This document shows positions 54,748 through 62,634 of a DNA stretch of 64,000 bases, one piece after another. Below the pieces are notes generated by a model. That model was not told the DNA's origin and ran no database searches. It was given only the letters and a program-made list of their open reading frames with translations. The position numbers were made by a program, and so were the translations under genes. Position 1 is the first letter of the stretch; each line of letters starts with the position of its first letter. The DNA is from an archaeon. Its GTDB lineage: Archaea > B1Sed10-29 > WALL01 > JAGHAM01. The DNA lies in the NCBI GenBank assembly GCA_021107635.1, contig JAIOSL010000038.1, positions 3,512 through 67,511 on the forward strand, in the 5' to 3' direction.

Positions 54748-55259
54748 ACCTTCTTACGCTTCCCTAATTCTTTCTCAACCTTCTTCTCAATAATATCACT
54801 AAGCTCAGTGATAGTAACATACTCCATAGGATTAACAGAAGCAAGAATATACTTCAACTCATCCACTTCCTGCTTCAAATTAGACATAGCCTTCCTTAAA
54901 CTACGCACATCATTCTCAGCATCCGCCGTCTTAAAAGATCCAGCCTCTTCAACCATCAAAGAAGTAGGAACACGCAAAGCAGCTTTACGAGAATCCGCCT
55001 TAATCTGATCCAATTCAGGACGAATAGAAGCAAGAACCTCAAGTTTAGTCTGAGATAAATCAGGCATTGCACTCCCAAAATGCTCAAGCTCCTTCAACTT
55101 TTTATTATGAGAAACCAAGGTTCTGCCAATCACCTGCTCATTCATTTCAATAATTTTCAGCCTCTGAGCCAACAATTTCATCTTTGCATCAATAGAACTA
55201 ATCGCACTGTTTACTTCAACAGCACCCTGTTCACCTGATCGCGGAGTTCTTCTAGGCAA
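54741..55259 (-). CDS. Coiled-coil protein, unknown
   Basis: 172 aa (TTG start; ATG 55181 alt); long heptad-like stretches (KMKLLAQRLKIIEMNEQ.., LRKAMSNLKQEVDELKYIL). Confidence 0.4.
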   Translation of the reverse strand: MPRRTPRSGEQGAVEVNSAISSIDAKMKLLAQRLKIIEMNEQVIGRTLVSHNKKLKELEHFGSAMPDLSQTKLEVLASIRPELDQIKADSRKAALRVPTSLMVEEAGSFKTADAENDVRSLRKAMSNLKQEVDELKYILASVNPMEYVTITELSDIIEKKVEKELGKRKKVQ

Positions 55260-55327
55260 GCCAACACCTTTAAAATATAGATTTGACTCAATTAACTACA
55301 CCTCAGTATAAAAAGCTTGTGATAAAA

Positions 55328-57604
55328 ATGAAGGGTGTCTTACTAAACGTACAAAGCGAAAACTCGCTCATAAAGCTCTTCATAAAAAATACAGAAACCG
55401 GCAAAATAGAAATACTTGAAGATGATACATTCCAACCCTACTTTTACCTTCAAACTGATGTACCAGAAGAAGCTGAAAAACTAGGACCAGGACTCAAAAA
55501 AATAGAAAAAGGCAAAATGCTTAAAATAATCACTGAAGGTCCTGGAGACGTTCCAATACTAAGAGAAAAAGCAGCAAAACTAGGCGAAATCAGAGAATAT
55601 GACATTCCATACACACAACGCTACTTGATAGATAAAGGCATCAAACCAATGAAACGCTACGAATGGCAAAGCCAAAACGGCAAACTAATCTCATACAAAG
55701 AATCACCAGGAGAATGGAAAATCACCAGACAAGCATTTGACATAGAAACATATAGTGCAGACGGCGTCTTCCGCATGGGAGAAGACCCAGTCATAATGGC
55801 ATCATTTTGGAACGACCTGCAAGGAAAAGTCCTCACATGGAAACCCTGCGACAAAGGCTTCGTCCAAATACTAAAAGATGAACAAGAACTAATAGAAGCA
55901 ATAAACAAAGAACTTGAAACCGTAGACGTAGTCTATACCTACAACGGAGACAACTTTGACCTACCATACATCAAAAAAAGAAGCGAAAAATTAGGCTTGA
56001 CCCACCAAATAAACGTCAAAAACGCAGGACCACGCCTAAAATCAATACTCAAAAAAAGCATTCACTTAGACGCATACACTGGCGTCAACTTCATGCGCGT
56101 AATCGGTTCACTACGCTTACCACGATACACCCTAGAAGACGTTTACAAAGAATTCACAGGAAAAGAAAAAATAGACATAGAAATACCAGACCTATGGGAA
56201 AACTGGGAAAAAGGACAACTAGACACAGTAACAGAATATTCCCTGCAAGACGCAGAAGCTGCCTATGTCATAGGTGAACGACTACTACAATTGTACATTG
56301 AGCTCGCTAAACTACTCAATCAAACAGTCTATGACGTCTCACGAATGAGTGCATCACAAATGGTAGAACTACTACTAGTAAAAAAAGCCTTCGAAAGAAA
56401 TGAAATCTCACCAAACAGACCAGACGAAAACGAATTCCGCACTCGCATCCGCGAACCAATCAAAGGAGCATTCGTACGCCAACCAGAAAGCGGACTCCAC
56501 GAAAACCTAGTAGTACTAGACTTCAGATCACTATACCCCTCAATAATAATCAGCCACAACGTAAGTCCTGACACACTGGACTCCAACGCAAAAGAAGCGT
56601 TTACTTCACCCAACGGATACAAATTCCGCAAAGACAAACGAGGCATCATTCCAGAAATGCTTGAAGAAGTCCTAAACAAACGTTTCGAAATAAAAACTAA
56701 ACTCAAACAAACCAAAGGAGAAGAACAAAAACGCTTAAACGCAGAACAACAAGCCCTGAAAATCCTAGCAAACGCCACATACGGCTACACACTTTACGCA
56801 AGAGCACGCTGGTACAGCCGAGAATGCGGAGAATCAATCACAGCATGGGGAAGACAATACATCCAAGATATCATAACAAAAGCAGAAGAAGCAGGATTCA
56901 AAGTACTCTATGGAGATACTGATTCGGTTTTTTTAAAGCGCGAGGGAAAAACCAAAGAAGAGGTTCTCACGTTCCTGAACGACTACAACAAGAAACTTCC
57001 CGAAGCCATGCAGCTTGAACTTGAAGGATTCTACACAAGAGGTATTTTCGTAACCAAACGCGAAGGCGGAGCAGCAAAAAAACGCTACGCACTCATCAGA
57101 GAAGACGGACAAGTAGAAATCAAAGGCCTTGAATTCGTGCGCAGAGACTGGAGCGCACTAGCAAAAAAAACCCAACGAAAAGTCATTCAAGCAGTCCTAG
57201 AAAACAAAATAGAAAAAGCCAAGGAAATAGTCTGCTCTACCATAGAAGACATTCGAGCAGAAAAAGTCCCAGTAGAAGAATTTGTCATTTACACGCAACT
57301 CAAACGCAGAATAAAACAATACACAGCCATAGGCCCACACGTCAAAGCTGCAATAAGACTTAAAGAAAGCGGTTCAAAAGTCAGAGTCGGCACAACCATT
57401 GGCTACGTAGTAACACGAGGCGCAGGAAATATTGGTGATAAAAGCCATCCAATACAATTAATCGGCTCGCGCAAACCAGATCCAGAATATTACATTTCGC
57501 ACCAAGTCTTGCCTGCAGTAATGAAAATTCTCGCAGAACTAGACATAAACGAAGACGATTTAAGCATAGGCGGAAAACAAAGCAGTTTAGATGCTTGGAC
57601 TTAA
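55328..57604 (+). CDS. polB: Family B DNA polymerase (archaeal replicative type)
   Basis: Exo I FDIET, Exo II YNGDNFDLPY, Exo III YSLQDA, motif A DFRSLYPSII (56519-56548), motif B KILANATYGY, motif C YGDTDS (56909-56926), KKRYA; ATG 55328 (MKGVLLNV..) preferred over TTG 55283. Confidence 0.92.
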   Translation: MKGVLLNVQSENSLIKLFIKNTETGKIEILEDDTFQPYFYLQTDVPEEAEKLGPGLKKIEKGKMLKIITEGPGDVPILREKAAKLGEIREYDIPYTQRYLIDKGIKPMKRYEWQSQNGKLISYKESPGEWKITRQAFDIETYSADGVFRMGEDPVIMASFWNDLQGKVLTWKPCDKGFVQILKDEQELIEAINKELETVDVVYTYNGDNFDLPYIKKRSEKLGLTHQINVKNAGPRLKSILKKSIHLDAYTGVNFMRVIGSLRLPRYTLEDVYKEFTGKEKIDIEIPDLWENWEKGQLDTVTEYSLQDAEAAYVIGERLLQLYIELAKLLNQTVYDVSRMSASQMVELLLVKKAFERNEISPNRPDENEFRTRIREPIKGAFVRQPESGLHENLVVLDFRSLYPSIIISHNVSPDTLDSNAKEAFTSPNGYKFRKDKRGIIPEMLEEVLNKRFEIKTKLKQTKGEEQKRLNAEQQALKILANATYGYTLYARARWYSRECGESITAWGRQYIQDIITKAEEAGFKVLYGDTDSVFLKREGKTKEEVLTFLNDYNKKLPEAMQLELEGFYTRGIFVTKREGGAAKKRYALIREDGQVEIKGLEFVRRDWSALAKKTQRKVIQAVLENKIEKAKEIVCSTIEDIRAEKVPVEEFVIYTQLKRRIKQYTAIGPHVKAAIRLKESGSKVRVGTTIGYVVTRGAGNIGDKSHPIQLIGSRKPDPEYYISHQVLPAVMKILAELDINEDDLSIGGKQSSLDAWT

Positions 57605-57798
57605 ATGCTTTGAACAACTTGAGCACACATTTGATTCCAAATGTACGGCTTCTCAATCTTCAAAACCTGTTGATTAGCATAACCTTTTTGCTTAGCCATT
57701 TCATCTAAACGATACAACACCCTATGCTTAGTAGCAGCATCCATCTGCTCAAACTTCTCAAGTGCCATTTGTTCCTGCAAACGCAAAGCATTTTCCAT
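57601..57798 (-). CDS. Hypothetical small protein (65 aa)
   Basis: ORF only; helical, charged; 4-nt convergent overlap with the polB stop. Confidence 0.3.
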   Translation of the reverse strand: MENALRLQEQMALEKFEQMDAATKHRVLYRLDEMAKQKGYANQQVLKIEKPYIWNQMCAQVVQSI

Positions 57799-57857
57799 TT
57801 AAATCACCTTTGTAAGTGAAATAATAATTCAAACAAGATATTTAAGACTTTGCCCGA

Positions 57858-58139
57858 TTAAAAACTCGTCTTCTTTTTGATTTCTTTTTTATGCCCAACT
57901 TTCAAAACATCTATTGTTTCCAAGGAAAAATCTATGTCCACAAGCACCCGATACTTTCCAGACCTCAACTCGTAGATTCCAAGTCCTTTCAAAAACTTAA
58001 AAAAGTGCCTTGGATTCTCTGCTGCTTCTCTCAGCTTTTCTTCAATCCTCTTTTTTGGCAATCGCTCAAACTGTTTATCCACTTTCTTTGGTATTCTCAC
58101 TAAAAAAGCCAGTGACTCCACTCTCCCCCCAATTCTCAA
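57858..58139 (-). CDS. RelE/ParE-family toxin
   Basis: ..NPRHFFKFLKGLGIYELRSGKYRVLVDIDFSLETIDVLKVGHKKEI matches the RelE/ParE C-terminal pattern; 3 nt after the RHH gene; TTG 58139 or GTG 58121 start. Confidence 0.6.
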   Translation of the reverse strand: MRIGGRVESLAFLVRIPKKVDKQFERLPKKRIEEKLREAAENPRHFFKFLKGLGIYELRSGKYRVLVDIDFSLETIDVLKVGHKKEIKKKTSF

Positions 58140-58142
58140 CTA

Positions 58143-58379
58143 TTACAACTTTCTGTATTTCCCATCTTTTATTTGCTTGCGAGAAACCATAATATCCTCA
58201 AGATCTTTCTCAGTCAAGCCATGCTCTTCCAAGAGAGACTTTTTTCTTGTCACAGCATCCCTCAGCAAGTCCCTGACCAATTCAGCCCTACTCCTGTAAA
58301 AGTTTTCTTTTTTGTACCTGTCTATCTCTTTCAGGAAATGTCCTTCAACCTCTACCTGTATCACACTCGTTTTAGTCAT
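58143..58379 (-). CDS. Ribbon-helix-helix (CopG-like) antitoxin
   Basis: 78 aa; N-terminal strand plus RSRAELVRDLLRDAV helix pattern; strong GAGGTGGTGA SD. Confidence 0.55.
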   Translation of the reverse strand: MTKTSVIQVEVEGHFLKEIDRYKKENFYRSRAELVRDLLRDAVTRKKSLLEEHGLTEKDLEDIMVSRKQIKDGKYRKL

Positions 58380-58554
58380 TTTTCACCACCTCAAAGCATA
58401 CAGTATAATTTACGATATCTCATATAAAAAGGTTATTGATTTCATATGAAAAAACAATGAACTAGATAGAATCAATCCTCTTGAAGAAGTCTATTAGCAT
58501 CCACGCGCACAATAAAAAAAACTATATAAACATTGCTTATCAAGAATAAGGATT

Positions 58555-59451
58555 ATGCCAGACAAAAAAGAAAAAACCGAAGAAGAACAATTCCACGAAG
58601 CAGGAAAAATAAGCTATTCTGCCCTACAAACAGGTGCCAAAAAAATCAAGAAAGGCGCGCGACTATTAGACGTCACAAAAGCCGTAGAAAAAAAGATTAA
58701 AGACCTAGGCGGAGAAATGGCCTTCCCAGTAAACATCTCTCAAAACGAACGCGCAGCACACTACACTTGTCCAGCAGGAGATGAAACTGTTTTTGGACTA
58801 GACTTAGTCAAACTGGACGTAGGCGCGCACATAGATGGATACATAGGAGATAACGCACTCACTGTTGACATAAGTGGAAAGAACACTAAACTTGTGAAAG
58901 CAAGTGAAGACGCACTTAAAAATGCTGTGAATGCAATTGCTCCAGGCGTTAAAAATATTGAGATAGGCACAATAATCCAAGAAACTATTGAAAAAGCAGG
59001 ATTCAAGCCAGTAGAAAACCTTTGTGGTCACGTTATACAACAAAACTTGTTACACACAGGACTTTCAATTCCAAACATGTCCTTTGGAAGTGAATTTGAA
59101 ATAGAAGAAGGCATGATTATCGCTATCGAGCCGTTCGCAACACTAGGAAGAGGACATGTAACAGAAGACCGTCAAGTAGAAATATTCTCACTTGAAAAAC
59201 CAATGCCCGTGCGTAACGCAGAAGCAAGAAAAGTACTTGCTTTTGTGATGGAAAATTATCAATTTCTTCCGTTCGCTGAACGCTGGCTGGAAAACGTTGC
59301 TTCTGGATTCAAACTAAAAGTCGCACTGAAAGAACTTGTTACTCGAGGAGTATTCGCAAGCTATCCAGTACTAAAAGATATTGATTTAGTATCGCAAACA
59401 GAATGGACTATCATAGTAACAAAAGATGGTTGCGAAAGAACGACAAAGTAG
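58555..59451 (+). CDS. map: Methionine aminopeptidase, type 2 (archaeal)
   Basis: 298 aa; FHEAGKI.., FPVNISQNERAAHY, VKLDVGAHIDGYIGDNALTV, CGHVI, IAIEPFAT, EWTIIVTKDG fit the MetAP2 pita-bread fold including metal-ligand positions. Confidence 0.85.
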   Translation: MPDKKEKTEEEQFHEAGKISYSALQTGAKKIKKGARLLDVTKAVEKKIKDLGGEMAFPVNISQNERAAHYTCPAGDETVFGLDLVKLDVGAHIDGYIGDNALTVDISGKNTKLVKASEDALKNAVNAIAPGVKNIEIGTIIQETIEKAGFKPVENLCGHVIQQNLLHTGLSIPNMSFGSEFEIEEGMIIAIEPFATLGRGHVTEDRQVEIFSLEKPMPVRNAEARKVLAFVMENYQFLPFAERWLENVASGFKLKVALKELVTRGVFASYPVLKDIDLVSQTEWTIIVTKDGCERTTK

Positions 59452-59472
59452 GTGCCAAAAAACATTGGCACC
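59451..59472. terminator. Perfect 8-bp hairpin between convergent genes
   Basis: GGTGCCAA (59451-59458), loop AAAACA, TTGGCACC (59465-59472), between the map stop (59451) and the DUF4870 gene stop (59485). Confidence 0.45.
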
Positions 59473-59484
59473 TAACTTGCTTAA

Positions 59485-59931
59485 TTAAATGTTCTTCTGT
59501 TTTTCAGCTATATTGCCAATAACAGGTAGCTTGAACATTGCTCCCTGGTATGCCTTGAACATCAAGAATATCCAAAGCAAAAAGAACACTAATACCAAGA
59601 GAAGCCAAGCTAGTAAAGTTACGAGCGAGAAAATTCCGGCGATGGCAGGAGAAATCATTGCTAAGATTATTGAAAGAATAGTTAAACCGACTCCTAAAAC
59701 AATGCTTAAAACGAACACACCTACTGCGAGCAGCATGCTTTGCATAGCATGAAATCTAACAAAAGTACTCTTTTTTTCAATGAAGAACAAGAGGAGACCG
59801 CTAACAAAACCAAAGAGATAAGCGAGTGCGCCTGCAAGGTTTTCTTCCATTCCAAGGCTTGATCCATTTTTTGCGTTTGAACCAACGCCTGAAGTTCTTT
59901 TTACGTTTGAGTTAACATTAGTAGTTTCCAT
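59485..59931 (-). CDS. DUF4870-like membrane protein
   Basis: 148 aa; EENLAGALAYLFGFVSGLLLFFIEKKSTFVRFHAMQSMLL pattern plus 3-4 TM. Confidence 0.55.
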   Translation of the reverse strand: METTNVNSNVKRTSGVGSNAKNGSSLGMEENLAGALAYLFGFVSGLLLFFIEKKSTFVRFHAMQSMLLAVGVFVLSIVLGVGLTILSIILAMISPAIAGIFSLVTLLAWLLLVLVFFLLWIFLMFKAYQGAMFKLPVIGNIAEKQKNI

Positions 59932-59989
59932 TAAAAAACACCAAGTGGATATTTGAAAAGTTTCCTTCTTAAACCTTATGGAAGAAAAG

Positions 59990-60110
59990 CGGGCCCGAGG
60001 GGATTCGAACCCCTGATCTTCTGGTATCTTCCACCCAAAAAGGGAGGTCTCGAAACTGTAGGTTCCGAAGTCCGAAGCCAGATGCCTTATCCAAGCTAGA
60101 CTACGAGCCC
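59990..60110 (-). tRNA. tRNA-Arg (anticodon UCG) with 46-nt intron at canonical 37/38 position
   Basis: Minus strand GGGCUCG-UA-GUCU..AGGC-A-UCUGG-CUUCGG[intron 60071-60026]A-CCAGA-AGAUC-AGGGG-UUCGAAU-CCCCU-CGGGCCC-G; 7-bp acceptor stem; anticodon at 60075-60073; no encoded CCA; T-rich tract follows. Confidence 0.8.
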
Positions 60111-60136
60111 AACCCGTATTTTTTGGACTAACAGAG

Positions 60137-60143
60137 TTAATAA
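60137..60143 (-). promoter_or_regulatory. TATA-like element upstream of tRNA-Arg
   Basis: Minus-strand TTATTAA ~30 nt upstream of the tRNA 5' end (60110). Confidence 0.35.
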
Positions 60144-60175
60144 GCTATTCTATAAAAAAAAGGAAGGCGGGTTTT

Positions 60176-60490
60176 TTATTGTAAATCGAGTTCTAAACCG
60201 CCAATTCTACCAGCAACAAGATTGTAAACAAAGGCATATACCGCACCCATAATAAACGAGCCGATGGCATAACCAATTGTTGCTCCAACCCAGAATACAA
60301 GACCCATTATTATAGGGAATAAGCCTAATACTGCTGCGTCTCCAGCAAATTGACTTAAAATTGCTCCTAGGAACAAAGACCAAACAAGAATAAATAGAAA
60401 GTATATTCCTCCTATAATGAAGCCCATTACTGCACCTACGACTCCAGTAATCTTTGCTAGCGACATAACTCCAATACGTTTAAGAATCAT
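60176..60490 (-). CDS. Small membrane protein (about 3 TM, Gly-rich helices)
   Basis: 104 aa; strong GGAGGTGA SD just upstream of the ATG. Confidence 0.5.
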   Translation of the reverse strand: MILKRIGVMSLAKITGVVGAVMGFIIGGIYFLFILVWSLFLGAILSQFAGDAAVLGLFPIIMGLVFWVGATIGYAIGSFIMGAVYAFVYNLVAGRIGGLELDLQ

Positions 60491-60604
60491 TTTTTCACCT
60501 CCAAAGTTGAATTAATAGAGCTTTCAGAGAACTAGTATTTAATGGTAGTACTAAAGCTCACACTAAAAAAAGATAAAAATAAGAAAAAAAGAGGGGTTGA
60601 AGCC

Positions 60605-61165
60605 TCATAGTTTAGGATATGTTTCGCCTAAAGCAGTAGCCATGTGAATGTACCCGGGTACCCAAAAGACTACACATTCTATTCCACCAATGATACCAGC
60701 AATCACATATGAGCTAATGTACTCTACAGTTAGTGCTTTACGGATGATGGTCCCAAAGGCAAACGCGCCACCCATGCTTCCATCGATTGCGTACTTCACA
60801 ATTGCAAGAGAACCAAATAAACCTCCAGCAAACAAGAGAATTCCGCCAACAGGAACTAGTAGAAATGCTATCATACCTAAATCTCCAAGAAGTAATCCTC
60901 CGGACATTCCTGCAAACATCAGTATGAAACCAGGTATCATATAAACAAACATTATTACCATGGATAGAATACCTGAAATTATCAGACCACCCCAATCACC
61001 CCATTCAGGAAGAGTGTAATCTCCTTGACTTGCGGTTTTAGCACATTTAAGCATATAACCGATTACTGCAAAATTTAGAATAGGAATAAACATGAAAACT
61101 ATCCCCATCACCAACGATTTTATATCAGTAAAAGGTCTTTTTGCTGCAACTTCAATATTATACAT
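60605..61165 (-). CDS. DUF4013-like membrane protein
   Basis: ATG 61165 (MYNIEVAAKRPF..) avoids overlap with pyrI; IPILNFAVIGYMLKCAKTASQGDYTLPEWGDW pattern and 4-5 TM. Confidence 0.5.
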   Translation of the reverse strand: MYNIEVAAKRPFTDIKSLVMGIVFMFIPILNFAVIGYMLKCAKTASQGDYTLPEWGDWGGLIISGILSMVIMFVYMIPGFILMFAGMSGGLLLGDLGMIAFLLVPVGGILLFAGGLFGSLAIVKYAIDGSMGGAFAFGTIIRKALTVEYISSYVIAGIIGGIECVVFWVPGYIHMATALGETYPKL

Positions 61166-61223
61166 TAAAAAATCACCTTGATAACTAAGAAGACAAAACT
61201 CATTTATAAAGCTAAGCCCTTTT

Positions 61224-61667
61224 TCATGCTGTGAGTAATGAAGTGCCTTCAAATTCTTTGTTGCAGTAAACACAGATGAGTCGGAGAGGCTCTTTCTCAA
61301 CAGTGAACTTGGTTGTCACTGGCTCTCTATCCTTATTAGTAATACACTTGGGATTCAAACAAGTAAGAACACCAGAAACTTCTGTCGGAAGTTTCACAGG
61401 ACGCTTTTCCACAAGCTTGCCGTTTTTAATTATGTTCACAGTAGCAGAAGGAGCAATCAATGAAATTAAATCTAATTTTCGCTCATCCACATACACCCCT
61501 TCCATCTTAAGAATGTCCTTTTTCTTGTGTTTAGTGCTCGGCACGTTAACAGCAATGACTACTGTAGAGCTATTAGGACCACCCATAAGTTTAAGCACTT
61601 CTAAAGCTTTTCCGCCATCAATATGATCTATCACAGTGCCATTCTCAATGTGCTTTACCATCATCAT
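61224..61667 (-). CDS. pyrI: Aspartate carbamoyltransferase regulatory subunit
   Basis: 147 aa; KHIENGTVIDHI allosteric-domain start and Zn domain CLNPKC .. CVYC. Confidence 0.85.
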   Translation of the reverse strand: MMMVKHIENGTVIDHIDGGKALEVLKLMGGPNSSTVVIAVNVPSTKHKKKDILKMEGVYVDERKLDLISLIAPSATVNIIKNGKLVEKRPVKLPTEVSGVLTCLNPKCITNKDREPVTTKFTVEKEPLRLICVYCNKEFEGTSLLTA

Positions 61668-62566
61668 TACTTACCACCTCTCAAAGCTAATTGAATAAGA
61701 GCCATTCTCGTTGGAACTCCATAATATGCTTGTTTGAAATATATGCAACGCGAGTCACTATCACAACGCCAATCAATTTCATTAACCCTTGGCAAAGGAT
61801 GCATCACAATCGCATCTTTTTTCATTGTTTCTAAAATTTTAGGAGTAATCTTATACACACTTTTCAATTTTTCATACTCGGTCGGATCAGCAAAACGCTC
61901 TTTCTGAATGCGCGTCATATAAACAACATCTGCATCTTCAAGCTCTAGCTTGCCAGTTTCATGATATTTCCCTTTCTTGAATTCGTTTGGAATAGCCAAT
62001 GCTTCTGGCGCGATAAAAGTGAATTCAATGCCTTTAAAGTAATTGTTAAAAGCTTTGCAGAGCGAGTGCACTGTCCTGCCGTACTTTAAGTCTCCAATCA
62101 TAGCTACTTTAAGGTTGTCTAAACGTCCTTTCTCTTTTTTGATTGTGAACAAATCAAGCATTGTTTGAGTAGGATGCTCTCTGGAGCCGTCTCCACCATT
62201 AATTATTGGCACGCTTGACACTTCACTAGCTAGCTGTGCAGCTCCAGGAAAAGGACTGCGCATTACTATCACATCAGAGTATTGTGCTACAGTGTTAACA
62301 GTGTCTGCAATGGTTTCAGCTTTTGCCATTGACGTGGAAGCTGGTTCAGCGAAACCCAGCACGCTTCCTCCAAGACGATTCATTGCAGATTCGAAGCTTA
62401 GGCGTGTTCGAGTGCTTGCCTCGAAAAACATTACTGCCATTATTTTGCCTTTCAGCGTGTCTAAAGCTTTGCCTTTCTGAAGCGCAGAATGCATTTTATC
62501 TGCTTCCGCTAAAACGTCAGTAAATTCTTTTTTAGAAAAATCACTAATTGAGATGATATCTTTCAT
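61667..62566 (-). CDS. pyrB: Aspartate carbamoyltransferase catalytic subunit
   Basis: 299 aa; FFEASTRTRLSFE, HPTQ, HPLPR motifs; 1-nt overlap with the pyrI start. Confidence 0.9.
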   Translation of the reverse strand: MKDIISISDFSKKEFTDVLAEADKMHSALQKGKALDTLKGKIMAVMFFEASTRTRLSFESAMNRLGGSVLGFAEPASTSMAKAETIADTVNTVAQYSDVIVMRSPFPGAAQLASEVSSVPIINGGDGSREHPTQTMLDLFTIKKEKGRLDNLKVAMIGDLKYGRTVHSLCKAFNNYFKGIEFTFIAPEALAIPNEFKKGKYHETGKLELEDADVVYMTRIQKERFADPTEYEKLKSVYKITPKILETMKKDAIVMHPLPRVNEIDWRCDSDSRCIYFKQAYYGVPTRMALIQLALRGGK

Positions 62567-62634
62567 TGTCTTTTCCCCCGGCCTATAGAACTAGATTCAA
62601 TCTTACGAAAGACAAGTATAAAAAACTGTTGGAA

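Noticed and set aside
55328-57604. PolB as a marker of a casposon, virus or plasmid (given the nearby TA pair, HerA-like gene and tRNA).
   Set aside because: Its motifs (SLYPSII, KILANATYGY, YGDTDS, KKRYA) and size fit a cellular replicative B-family polymerase. No Cas1, integrase, terminal inverted repeats or capsid-like genes were seen, and the flanking genes are housekeeping.
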